Assembly (NCBI GenBank): GCA_964597145.1
Contig: CAZQWH010000002.1
Coordinates: forward strand, 177,232-241,231
DNA: 64,000 nt
Reading direction: 5' to 3'
Source: an uncultured Candidatus Saccharibacteria bacterium
GTDB lineage: Bacteria; Patescibacteriota; CAZHWT01
This document shows, piece by piece, positions 29,815-40,238 of this stretch (position 1 is the first letter of the stretch; every line of letters begins with the position of its first letter). The translations under genes were made by a program, and so were the position numbers. The notes below the pieces were generated by a model that was not told where the DNA came from, did not search any database, and saw nothing but the letters and a program-made list of their open reading frames with translations.

Positions 29815-30267
29815 TTAAAACGGAATCTCATCAGGGTTAATATCTTGGTCAGCTGGTGCATTGCCTGACTTGGCTGGCTTTGAAGCCGTTGACTCACTAG
29901 CGGCATCATTCGCTTCATCCCGGCCAGCCCGGCTATCTAGAATAATCATATCTTCGGCTACAATCTCGGTCTTATACTTCTTTTCACCCTCATTCGATTC
30001 CCATGAGCGAGTCTGAAGTCGACCCTCAACATAGACCTTGCGGCCTTTAGCTAGTAATTCGCCACAAAGCTCAGCTAATTTGCTCCAAGCCACAATGTTG
30101 TGGAACTCTACTTCCTCTTGGCGCTCTTTACCATCGGTTGGCATCCAGCTGCGGTTAGTGGCTAAACCAAACGTACATACTGGCGTGCCTTGCGGGGTAT
30201 AACGCAACTCAGGATCTCGGGTTAAATTACCAATTAACTGAACTTTATTTAAGGATCGGCTAGACAT
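29815..30267 (-). CDS. ssb: Single-stranded DNA-binding protein
   Basis: LNKVQLIGNLTRDPELRYT, EGRLQTRSW, DEIPF tail. Confidence 0.97.
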   Translation of the reverse strand: MSSRSLNKVQLIGNLTRDPELRYTPQGTPVCTFGLATNRSWMPTDGKERQEEVEFHNIVAWSKLAELCGELLAKGRKVYVEGRLQTRSWESNEGEKKYKTEIVAEDMIILDSRAGRDEANDAASESTASKPAKSGNAPADQDINPDEIPF

Positions 30268-30290
30268 GGAATAGTTCTCCTTTAGGCTGC

Positions 30291-30635
30291 TTATGCTTCA
30301 GCAGTGGTGTCAGCTTCTTGCTTAGCTGTGCTTTCAACGCGCTTTTTAAGGTTAGCGACAACAATCATTGAACGTAATACAGCATCTTGAATTTTCAAAC
30401 TATTTTGAATTTCAGCTGGAGCTTCAGCAGCTTCCGCCGTGAATCGCCAAACGGCATAATAACCAAAATCCTGCTTTTTAATTGGATAGGCCATTTTGCG
30501 CTTACCCCACTCGTCTAGGGCAGTAACCGTGCCTTTTTTAGCTTTAATTGTCGCTTCAATTTGCTCAATAGCGGCTTTAGTTTTGTCCTCGTCTAGACTA
30601 CCATCAACAATGGCCATCAATTCATAAACTTTCAT
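30291..30635 (-). CDS. rpsF: 30S ribosomal protein S6
   Basis: YELM, WGKRKMAYPI, VLRSMI; rpsF-ssb-rpsR order. Confidence 0.96.
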   Translation of the reverse strand: MKVYELMAIVDGSLDEDKTKAAIEQIEATIKAKKGTVTALDEWGKRKMAYPIKKQDFGYYAVWRFTAEAAEAPAEIQNSLKIQDAVLRSMIVVANLKKRVESTAKQEADTTAEA

Positions 30636-30804
30636 TACAATCCTCTTGTTGTTTAATTCTGGGGAAGTATATCATCTGTCTTCTGCTTTGGCAAGAGATG
30701 AACCGTAAAGTCAAACGTCAAAATTCAAAAGGCAAAGGTGTAACTCAAACGGTAAAGAGATTACCGCCCAAAAGCGTCATTCTAAGCGAAGCCAAGAATC
30801 TCCT

Positions 30805-31527
30805 TCAAGCCCCCCGCATTGTCGTTATAATCTGCCAAGCCTGAGTCCAATTAGCCAATTGTATGCCATAGTCCTCCAGTAATAACTTAACTTCTGGGCT
30901 AGTTAGTGTCGCCAATTCGATTTCTCGTTCTTTGGCGTACTTAGTGGATTGTACAAGATCAGCATCAGCAACCCCCGGATGACACATTATCTCATTAACA
31001 CCATCTTCAAGATTTTCGATTATGTTGCGTAATGAGCTGGGCCTAATGTTCTCCGCTCCACCCCACCTAAAGTGATTCTGGCCATAGAAGGATGTCAGCA
31101 ATTTATTACCACCCAGCCCGCGAGCGGGAATGTTGTGCTTGGCTGAGAATTCTTCGAAGATAGGTCTGAGCTTGGTATGCAGATGAATATGATGATGAGA
31201 GTCAATATGGGTGGGCATCTTACCAATCAACTTTTCAAATCGCTCAACGTGGCGCTCAAGCTCGTATAGCGCCCGTTCGTTTGATGAGAAGTACACTTTA
31301 GTATACGCGCCGAACATACTCGGCAATCCCTCGTCGGATAACTGAAAATGCAGCCCCACATCGAGATCTGGCAAGCTCTTGGCTATTTCAGCTGCCTCTT
31401 CGAGCGCCAAGCCACGCAACATCAATGATGTGCTTGTGACGATGCCTTGGGTGTGCGCTTGCAAGATCCCTTGATTGACCCCAGAGGTATAGCCAAAATC
31501 ATCGGCATTTACTACAAGTAATTTCAT
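30805..31527 (-). CDS. YdjC/ChbG/HpnK-family carbohydrate deacetylase
   Basis: NADDFG, TSTSLM, GLH, HIDSHHH, EIMCHPG, RE.EL..L. Confidence 0.92.
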   Translation of the reverse strand: MKLLVVNADDFGYTSGVNQGILQAHTQGIVTSTSLMLRGLALEEAAEIAKSLPDLDVGLHFQLSDEGLPSMFGAYTKVYFSSNERALYELERHVERFEKLIGKMPTHIDSHHHIHLHTKLRPIFEEFSAKHNIPARGLGGNKLLTSFYGQNHFRWGGAENIRPSSLRNIIENLEDGVNEIMCHPGVADADLVQSTKYAKEREIELATLTSPEVKLLLEDYGIQLANWTQAWQIITTMRGA

Positions 31528-31641
31528 AATTTTCTACCATTGAATTGCCCTTTTGCACAGGAGGTGTTTGCGTAGCTTGAATAAAGATGTAAGCAAACGC
31601 TACCGACAAGACGAAGTCTTACTTTCAACCTGAGTTATCTA

Positions 31642-32694
31642 TCACGAGTGATGGATAACTAACACATCCCCATCCTGAATGATGTAGTCCTTGCCTTCCA
31701 TATGAATCTGACCCTTGGCCCTGGCTTCGTTCCAGCCTCCGGCATTAATCAGATCTTGCCAATTAATAGCTTCGGCGCGGATAAACTTAGATTCAAAGTC
31801 GGAGTAAATTCCACCGGCGGCTTGAGGAGCCTTGGTGCCACGAGTAATAGTCCAGGCTCGGACTTCTTTTTCACCCGCAGTCAAAAAGCTCATCAGGTTT
31901 AGTATCTCATAGCCAGCTTGGATGACTTGGTCTAGTCCGCTTTGGGTTATGCCTAAGTCTTTGAGGTATTCAACCTGCTCATCTTCAGACAGTTGGCTGA
32001 GCTCGGCTTCGAGTTGGGCATTGACATGGATGTGTCCAGGCGGAAGCGGCTGTGGTTGGGCTAATTGATCCTCGTCAACATTATGGACATATATAACCGG
32101 CTTGAGACTGAGTAAATTTGTATCCTTTATTAGTGCTTTTTCATCTTCTGACAGCAATGACAGCTCAACTGTATCTCCAGCTTCGACGGCCAGGTAGGCC
32201 TTGTCGATGACTGCTTGGCGCTGGATCTCTTCTTTTGTTGCAGCGCCTTTAATGGGACGCTTAGCTTTTTCCAGGGCAGTTAAGTCAGCTAATAATAGCT
32301 CCGTAGTAATAATCTTCATATCCTCGGTCGGGTCTACCCTGCCCTCAACGTGAATAACATTATCGTCACCGAATTCACGTAAGACATGAACAATGGCATC
32401 AACTTCACGGATATGCGACAAAAATTGATTACCTAGTCCTTCTCCTTGGGCAGCATTTTTGACCAATCCAGCGATATCAACAAATTCGATAGTAGCCGGC
32501 ACCACTGAGGGTGGGTTGTAGAGCTTGGCGAGCGCATCCAACCGTTCATCAGGCACAGGCACCACACCAACATTGGGCTCAATAGTGGCAAAAGGATAGT
32601 TAGCAGAGAGGGCCTGGGATTTTTTTAGTAGTGCATTAAACAACGTGGATTTGCCAACATTAGGCAAGCCGACGATTCCGATTTTGAGGCTCAT
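31642..32694 (-). CDS. ychF: Redox-regulated ATPase YchF
   Basis: GLPNVGKST, NYPFATIEPN, DIAGLV, EVRAWT, TGS domain. Confidence 0.96.
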   Translation of the reverse strand: MSLKIGIVGLPNVGKSTLFNALLKKSQALSANYPFATIEPNVGVVPVPDERLDALAKLYNPPSVVPATIEFVDIAGLVKNAAQGEGLGNQFLSHIREVDAIVHVLREFGDDNVIHVEGRVDPTEDMKIITTELLLADLTALEKAKRPIKGAATKEEIQRQAVIDKAYLAVEAGDTVELSLLSEDEKALIKDTNLLSLKPVIYVHNVDEDQLAQPQPLPPGHIHVNAQLEAELSQLSEDEQVEYLKDLGITQSGLDQVIQAGYEILNLMSFLTAGEKEVRAWTITRGTKAPQAAGGIYSDFESKFIRAEAINWQDLINAGGWNEARAKGQIHMEGKDYIIQDGDVLVIHHS

Positions 32695-32878
32695 AGACTC
32701 GTATTATATCAGAAATATGGACGGGACAGCGCTACGGCCGTACCGTTAGTCAACGGCGGTGAATCTACACTACTACGATGCTGCCGTGAGCAACTTCGTG
32801 CACGAATAAGGAGAGTAGCACCCCTCTTGATCGAGCTCCAACCAAGATCCGCCAAAGAATAAAGGCGTATTGTAATTG

Positions 32879-33708
32879 CGTTCGCCGAACGGTTATCCCT
32901 TGACGTTCGACTTTATTTTTACTTTTTTTGGTTAGATTGAACTTGGTGACTGCCTCGAATTACTCAAAAGTTAGATGATCAATTTTCTTAAGATCACGTT
33001 GATAATTGGCCTGATCAAGAACAAACCTCATGTAGTCACGCGGTGATTTGAAATCCTCAAGAATACAGGATGTATTTATATTGTTAGTCGAACTGAGATT
33101 GCAGTAGTGGCGGAAAGACGACCATGGGTACTCAACAATCTCTCTATCATTACTGACTATGGATGCTGAGTATGGATTGAGATGGATGTAGCGGGAAACA
33201 TGTAGCAGTTGTTGACTTGTTTCTATATGGACGGCTTTAAATACACCTTCAAATACCGATCCTTTACGTTGGTGTTTTAAGTTGAATCGATGCGAGATGC
33301 TGCTTTGCACCATCCTCATATAATCGTATATACCATCATCAACTTCCTGCCGAACAAGCAGATGAAAATGATTTGACATAAGGCAATACGATACAAGCGA
33401 TATCCTACCCAGTGATTGTTGTCGCCTCATATCTATTGATACTCTTGAATCCAAGTTTTGAGCTAGATAGTACGATAGTCGTAGGGATTTGTCTGAGGAT
33501 AGGTAAAAATTCATTGCGCTTAGCGCCAGCTTATATTCTCTAGCACTAGTGAATATTTGTCGTCTATCAATCCCCCGATTAAAAATGTGATAGTAATTAC
33601 CCGTTATGAATGGTGGCTGCACAACGTATCCTCCTGAATGGCAGCTACATAACTGAGACTTATAGACTATAAACTATCGAACGTCAAGAGATAACCGTTC
33701 GGCGAACG
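32879..33708. mobile_element. RAYT element 1: Y1 transposase between 32-bp inverted REP-like ends
   Basis: 32879-32910 and 33677-33708 are inverted repeats (31/32), each with hairpin CGTTCG-N-CGAACG. Confidence 0.85.
32960..33622 (-). CDS. REP-associated tyrosine (HUH, Y1) transposase
   Basis: YHIFNRG, YCLMSNHFHLL (HUH), YIHLNP, YPWSS; AGGAGG RBS before GTG. Confidence 0.92.
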   Translation of the reverse strand: MQPPFITGNYYHIFNRGIDRRQIFTSAREYKLALSAMNFYLSSDKSLRLSYYLAQNLDSRVSIDMRRQQSLGRISLVSYCLMSNHFHLLVRQEVDDGIYDYMRMVQSSISHRFNLKHQRKGSVFEGVFKAVHIETSQQLLHVSRYIHLNPYSASIVSNDREIVEYPWSSFRHYCNLSSTNNINTSCILEDFKSPRDYMRFVLDQANYQRDLKKIDHLTFE

Positions 33709-33885
33709 TGGTTTCATTGAAAGTCAAAATCGCACAACTATTTAATTTCTAAGTTGTGTACATAACTTTCAAAAATTAAGCTGTCCACTATGACAGCTTA
33801 GAATTAACTCAAAGTATCTTATTAACCCCATACCCGCTCAATTTATATAAATACCTTAAAATATTAATGCCTGTTTCGTTGCTAT

Positions 33886-36830
33886 CTAGTTATCACCTAG
33901 GTAAACAATATATCCTACGTTCTTATTGCCCTTATTAGCTAATTTGAACCTCTCATAGACTTTAATTACAACCTTGCTGAGTAAATACGACTTCTGAGAC
34001 TCGACATTTCCAACTTCTTCTAGCCATTTTGGAGGCTTATTCAGAAAGGATTCCAGTAGCTCCTGATTATCTGAAAAGGCTTCTACTTTAATATCAAAAT
34101 TGCTTTTATTAGCTGGAGTTTCATCATCAACTGCAAGTGGAGAATAAATATGCAAAGTTCCAAGCTTCTCAGTATCTATTACTAGCACTTCAGTGCGCGA
34201 ACGCATATTCAATCTTGCTTCAAATACCGGAATCACCTTATTTTGATGCTTATAAATTCCTATAAAATTTGAAAGGCCTGCTTCCGGGTATAATGTTACA
34301 TCTAGCTGCCATTTCTCTGTAAATGATTCTATCTTCCCGTAGCCAAAAGTAGATCTACTTAGGACGATTAAAATTGGGTTACTACAAAGCCTTATCGCTC
34401 CATCGATTGATCCATCATACTTAATACTACTTTCGTATATTTCATTGAATAGTTGGATATTTTCACCTTGGGCAATATTTTGCCCAAAATTTTCGCCCCA
34501 GTTTACATATGATACATGCCAGTTATCAAAGAAAACTGCTTTGTCATCCACCCTTGATATACCTGCTCTAAGGACTTTCCCCTTATATTTCTTATTTGTT
34601 TCATCTTTCAATTTCTGGTAATAGTCAAAAAGTGACCTCATATAGGATGCTCTAGAAAACGCCTTCTGAACATCAATCTTGAAATCCTCTATCTTCTTTG
34701 TGCTTATTGGCTTTGACCGTTCAGTTTCCAGGATTAGCTTTTTTGCTTCGATTGCTAGGTTTTCCAAGGTTGGTATTACACTACTTCTCACTAATGACTT
34801 ATCTAAGCTCAACTCTCTAAATAATTGCTCGTCTTCTTCCATTCCAAGAGCGACTTGTTTTAAGCCTTCTATCGAGTACGTTATGTCACTTAGCTGGTCA
34901 GTATTAAAGCCAGATAAATTGAAAGTCGCATGGGGAGTTGTCACAAATGATCTCAGCATTAATACGATGAAATACTCTTTTACATAAATACCGCTTCCAT
35001 GATGTCCCTCCCAAAAATCAAAATCTCTCCTGCCCGAAATCCTTCTAAAATAGTAGTTAATAATGTCGGATAACGCTGATGGGTGTATATCGTCACTCAT
35101 CCAAATTGTATCGGAGTCAGCAGGCTGTTTGTAGTCAAGCATTAACTTTATGAACTTGTACTGCTTCTTAAATAGACAATATGCACCGACTGCAAATACT
35201 TGTGATCGTAAGTTTGTATATTTGTACAATTCCTCAGCATTGCGTGATAATTTACCTGCAACTTTAATAGCTTCCTGTTGTTTCTCCTGCAGCAAATATG
35301 GTTCGACTAGCTTTTTTAGTTCTGCAAGCTGCTTTTGCCAGTTTCTAAGCTCTTCAGCAGAATTAATAAGATTTAAGGACTTCTCTAAATCATTTGTTAC
35401 TTGCCTAATCTTTTCGTCGTCAGCCTGTTTTCCACGTCTCCTAAGATCACTACTTAGATCCCACACACTTTTACTCTCAAGTGGACCGTGCCACCGTCAA
35501 TAAGAGATGATACAAAGTATATAAATAGCTTTTCCTGACCCTACCTAATAATTGACCTAAGATTTCCTAATAGGTATGCATCGAAGGTTGGTAGATATTC
35601 CAACCGAAACTCAGCCTCTGTCCTTCCAAACTTATCGAAAACTGTTTCGATATACCAATCAATAGCAGCAACATACATAGAAGATTTAGAATGCAGCGCC
35701 GAATCTTGAGCAATAGTACTCAACCGTCGCAATATTAGCTGAATATACAAGCCTCTGCCCTCTTGCTTGCTAAAATAAATTAGGAGCCTTATGAGGCTAT
35801 AAAGTGATTTTCTACTGATATCATCAGCTGCCTGCCCAGCATTGTACACACGAATAAATTGCTGGATTGTTGAGGTGTAGGTAATTAGATATCGATCAGG
35901 ATCATATCGTAAGCGTAGATTGGCTTCATCTGCATAGTTGATATCTTGGTCATCTGATGACAAATCGAGAGCATCATCTGAAGCATTTTCTTTGTTCGTT
36001 CGCTTCCCTGAACTCTTATGTTCCCCCATGTTATAGATTAAAAAGAAATCGTCACTTAGAATGAACGGCTCAATTTCCTCCAAGCTTCCTTCAGGTACAA
36101 CTAGCTTAGTTATACTCTCTAATTCTGGCAGACTCTCTTCTAGCAACGCCTTTAGGTTAGACCTCTCTGCTTCTGAGACAAGGATGTCACCGTAGCCCTC
36201 AATTAAATCTAAATAAACTTGCTTATTCCTTTTACGCAATGCAACTTGCAATGCTTTATTTATCTCTCGCTTTATCCTCTCCTGATCTAGCGTGTAGGTA
36301 TACAACCTATTTAAATACTGAGCGAAAGCTACCAGCCCTGCCAACAAGAGGATCAATAGCAAAAATGTGATTGCCCTTTGAACGTTCCCAGTCAAGCTAG
36401 CATCATTCAAAAATAGTCTTGATCCCAATGAGAGGCTGACAATTACCAAAAACAGCGGTATCAACCACTGCATTTGCCACTCGTTTAGCAGGCGCTTTCT
36501 AAGCACTCTGGTTCTGGCATAAGATCGCGAGACTTTATCTAGAGTTTCTATGCCAAGTGGCACCGCTATGGCAAGCACTACTCCAATAAATGCACCTAAA
36601 TCGGAGATAAATTGCAACTGTGGCCTGAATAATGCCTCCTTTAAGCCGCTTGCAAATTCTACAGTTATGAATTCAGGCCTAGCTATATCTGCTACTAGTA
36701 TCAGAAGTACTAAAAAATAGATAAGGATCGTTAGTAAAATAACAGAAACTAGTCGACCATAAAACGAAGCAATCACCCCTTTTGCGTAGCCAATAATTTT
36801 GTCAATCTCTAGCTTATTCATCTTCGTCAA
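33886..36830 (-). pseudogene. Large (~980 aa) membrane-anchored protein split into ORFs 35541-36830 and 33886-35466
   Basis: TAG at 35541 is followed in frame by plausible coding GQEKLFIYFVSSLIDGG, then a frame change at ~35457-35496 into ORF2, which lacks an RBS. Confidence 0.6.
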
Positions 36831-37629
36831 CTCTGGCTTTTTCGCCCTCCAGTGGTGATGTTACATAGTCAATAAACTGATCTCCAATCTCTGTTGCAAG
36901 CGATTGGCCATATTGGAGAGGATTTCCTTTTGCAGTACTAACCGCTATGTAAAGTCCATCAAAGCTAGTTTCTTGACGCCCAGGCATGCGTGTAGCAATG
37001 TGCCCCATTTCTTCCAATGGGTATGACAATATCAGTCCATCACTCATTAAATCTCGGATATATTGGAGTTCAATATAATCCTCAATTACTATATCCGGAT
37101 GAGCCTTAAGTAGTTCAGTTTTAGGATGACCCACATGACGGGTAGTAAGGTTTCCCCAATCCCACCTAGGGGCATCATGATGAAGCTTAAGCATCCTTAT
37201 ATGTCCATACGTGAGTCGGTCAATATGGTTATAAAAAATGGCTTGCAGATCATCGTTAAGGGTTGAAGGCAATACGGTATTAACAACTGCATTCCGCAAC
37301 AAAGCTCGCTTTTCTTCAGCTGTGGTTCGCTGCGAAATACTTACAGCCTGCAATACTGCGGTTGTAAATTGCTCATTTTTTACAATATCTTCAATCGATA
37401 CTCTTCCTTGGCTTTTTAGCTCCTCTAAATCACTTAGCACTCCTTCAAGCAATACATTTGTCCGACGTTGCATAGGCGGAGTAAGATACTGCTGAAACAG
37501 TCCGCTAACAACATTGCCCGAACCAGGCAAGAGATGTAATTCAGAAAACTGGGACAATCCAGCAGATATCAATAACGCCATAAAGTCTTCTAAACTGGGC
37601 TTTGGCAATCTTTCGAGGCTATTCGACAT
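36814..37629 (-). CDS. Abi-alpha/DUF4393-like protein
   Basis: F..AVLQA..ISQRT..EEKR.LLRNAVVN...FYNHIDRLT..HIRML pattern; overlaps the next gene by 17 bp. Confidence 0.5.
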   Translation of the reverse strand: MSNSLERLPKPSLEDFMALLISAGLSQFSELHLLPGSGNVVSGLFQQYLTPPMQRRTNVLLEGVLSDLEELKSQGRVSIEDIVKNEQFTTAVLQAVSISQRTTAEEKRALLRNAVVNTVLPSTLNDDLQAIFYNHIDRLTYGHIRMLKLHHDAPRWDWGNLTTRHVGHPKTELLKAHPDIVIEDYIELQYIRDLMSDGLILSYPLEEMGHIATRMPGRQETSFDGLYIAVSTAKGNPLQYGQSLATEIGDQFIDYVTSPLEGEKARVDEDE

Positions 37630-37706
37630 AGACCCAATATACCACTGAGAATCAACTGCGATGATGGATTGCTTGGAATAGTCAATTCGCTGTTTACACA
37701 GCCTAC

Positions 37707-37769
37707 TTAATCTTCGTCATCGATGATAAATTCTTCTGGAGTAGTACCCTTTTGAACTGTCGTAGACAT
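37707..37769 (-). CDS. Putative 20-aa acidic micropeptide MSTTVQKGTTPEEFIIDDED
   Basis: GGGAGG RBS 6 nt before ATG, directly after the 37787 stop. Confidence 0.45.
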   Translation of the reverse strand: MSTTVQKGTTPEEFIIDDED

Positions 37770-37786
37770 TCTCAACCTCCCTTCTC

Positions 37787-38251
37787 TCACTTAAGTAAGA
37801 CCACTGCTATTACTGAAAGGATAAATAACACTGAAAGCAAGGCATAGGCGAGCTTGTTTAGACGATCAGTTGCCTCTGCATAGAAGTTAAATAGTTGAAC
37901 ACGTCGAGTCAGTTTGATGTTATACGGGCTATCACTAGTCTCCCCAGTGCTGTCACCCTTATCAATCATTTCATTCGGAGATTTTATATCCTTATATTCA
38001 TGCATCTTTATCTGATTCTCTCTAGATTTTTTAGCCGTAACTAAGCTTAAAAAATGAACCGCTAAAGTAATTATTCCTAAAACGATTCCAGCCTGCACTA
38101 AAATGTTCGTTAAATTAGAGCTGCTAGGTAATACAAAGAAGATTCCGGTGATAAAAACAGTTATCACTTGCGTTGCGAGGGTATCCAGCTGAGTTGAGCT
38201 TTCTCGATAACCTGAAATGGCGTTTTTTAACTTTTCGTTTTGGGCTTCCAT
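37787..38251 (-). CDS. Hypothetical 3-TM membrane protein
   Basis: 154 aa; two N-terminal TMs and one C-terminal TM; GGAG RBS; AT-rich. Confidence 0.75.
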   Translation of the reverse strand: MEAQNEKLKNAISGYRESSTQLDTLATQVITVFITGIFFVLPSSSNLTNILVQAGIVLGIITLAVHFLSLVTAKKSRENQIKMHEYKDIKSPNEMIDKGDSTGETSDSPYNIKLTRRVQLFNFYAEATDRLNKLAYALLSVLFILSVIAVVLLK

Positions 38252-38672
38252 ATAACATTTATCTCCATATAGCTAATAGGCCTAAGTTGTTCTAGGCTTC
38301 TATTACTATTTTAATCTAGGCTTCGGAGAGTTTTATATGTTTATTTCAGTTAACAAAAAACTTTATTATAGTTTTGGCTTTTGTAATAACAAATTTATAC
38401 AAAAAACAATATTATATCTGGGTGCTGCGAGCGGTGGTGCAGTCGTTGTAGCTACTCGTCTTAATCGATCTAGTCTGCTCATTAAGACCTAGAGTGGACT
38501 ATTCGGCCTGCATTATCTCTAGCTGTAATTGTCCGAGTCTTGCGCGGTTTAGGGGCGATGAATTCAAATGATAACTTTAAAGTTGGGAAGCTATACCCAC
38601 CATCCCGATTTTGAGACTCATAACCAACCTATTGTAACAGAGGAAAGTAAGTTTGTTGTATAGTTGTACCTA

Positions 38673-39299
38673 ATGAACGACTATATTAAAAAAACAATTA
38701 TGGCGTATGATGACACAAAAACCTATGAGAACAGTACCCGTTTACTTGTTCCAAAAGTTGAACTGAACGAGTTTGTTTCAATGCTGCCATCAGGTTTAAT
38801 GGTGTTGGACGCTGGGTGTGCATTTGGCCGGGATACAGAATTCCTAAAGGCAAAAGGCGTTACTGTACGTGGTATAGATTTATCACCAGCATTGATAGGA
38901 CGTGCAAAGGAGCTGGTTCCTGATACAGACTTTGAAGTGAAAGATATTCGTAAAACTGGTTTCACTGATGAGCAGTTTGACGGAATATGGTGCAATGCCA
39001 CATTACTGCATTTAAAAGACGAAGATATTGCAGTAGCCCTCGCAGAGTTTAAACGCATCATGAAGCCAGGCGGAGTTCTGGCTGTATCGCTTAAGAAGGG
39101 AGAAGGGACTCAGCAGTTTGTAGAAAAATTTAGCAGTAAATCGGAGCGATTCTTCAACTTTCAGACTCACGAAACGTTCCTTGAACAGTTACAACGAGTA
39201 GGACTCGAAGAGGTCAGCTGGCACTACCTAAATGAGCGTGAACGGTATGGCCAAGATAAGCGTGACCTTGACTGGCTGTACTCATTTTCCAAAAAGTAG
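38673..39299 (+). CDS. Class I SAM-dependent methyltransferase
   Basis: VLDAGCAFGRD, GIDLS, FDGIWCNATLLH, MKPGG. Confidence 0.92.
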   Translation: MNDYIKKTIMAYDDTKTYENSTRLLVPKVELNEFVSMLPSGLMVLDAGCAFGRDTEFLKAKGVTVRGIDLSPALIGRAKELVPDTDFEVKDIRKTGFTDEQFDGIWCNATLLHLKDEDIAVALAEFKRIMKPGGVLAVSLKKGEGTQQFVEKFSSKSERFFNFQTHETFLEQLQRVGLEEVSWHYLNERERYGQDKRDLDWLYSFSKK

Positions 39300-39518
39300 C
39301 GCTCTACCTGTTATATAAATAGCCACCTGTCTCTGTCAAGTCTTTCTACGAATTCCCTTAGGCTAATGGTTACTACCCAACGTCAATGGCCCTTTCTCAG
39401 CCAACGCACGTTCTCATGGCATGCTGCAATCGTATACTTGGTAAATATAAGCAGATAGTAGATAAACCGAAGTAATTAACTAATGGATAACGAATTGTCT
39501 AGGTTGGATGTAGGCATG

Positions 39519-39544
39519 AAAAATCCCGGGTTAACGTACCGGGA
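39519..39544 (-). terminator. Terminator of the 53-aa ORF
   Basis: TCCCGG-N9-CCGGGA-TTTTT on the - strand. Confidence 0.7.
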
Positions 39545-39592
39545 GCTCAGTCGAGCCTACGCTGAGTTTCCTCAGGTGCAATTCCTCGGGCC

Positions 39593-39754
39593 TTATTTAC
39601 CTTCAGGGGTTGTGCTAGAGGTATCCGATGATCGAGTGGTAGATACGGCAGTTGACCCTCCACCATCAAACAACACTAGAATTAGCAAGAACCATCCCCA
39701 GCTAAATTCTATGGTTGGATGCAGGTAGACAAAAACTATGTACACGAGTGCCAT
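39593..39754 (-). CDS. Unannotated 53-aa small membrane protein
   Basis: MALVYIVFVYLHPTIEFSWGWFLLILVLFDGGGSTAVSTTRSSDTSSTTPEGK; TATAAT at 39807-39812, AAGGAG 8 nt before ATG, terminator downstream. Confidence 0.7.
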   Translation of the reverse strand: MALVYIVFVYLHPTIEFSWGWFLLILVLFDGGGSTAVSTTRSSDTSSTTPEGK

Positions 39755-39857
39755 ACGTCTCTCTCCTTATGTACAGAATCGTTGCTTTAAAACCGCTCCA
39801 AGCCGCATTATATACCACTCAGACAACATTCATAGACTTGTCATAAAATCACATATA

Positions 39858-39914
39858 TTAATTATATAATATATTATATAATTAATTGTATTTAACTCAG
39901 TATTATACTATCAA
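39858..39914 (-). repeat. 57-bp dispersed element, copy 2 (palindrome 39858-39885)
   Basis: Same 28-bp palindrome as 8543-8570, with the flank inverted. Confidence 0.85.
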
Positions 39915-40238
39915 CATGAAGCACGAAGGGGTTTTAAGATCTATCCACCTTTCACCTCTTTGGGTCGGCGAAGCTCACCTAATTTTAGGCCAAAGACAGC
40001 GGATGACCAAAAATCCTACCCTCCCCCAATCAATCCAAGTTAAAGCCAGGCAGAAAAGGCAGATTACCCATGGTAGCTCCTGCCATTAGATAGGTTAGAT
40101 GAGCTCATATATAACAACAGGAATCAATAAACGAGAGTCTATAGAGCAAAAGCTGGTTCAAGGTTGCGTAGCGCCAGAGAAAAGAGTAAGCAGGGTGCGG
40201 CAGTTGCCACACCCTGCAGTTTTTTGGGTCTTTCTCTC

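Noticed and set aside
39483-39728. 81-aa + strand ORF
   Set aside because: Antisense to the 53-aa ORF, which has the promoter, RBS and terminator.
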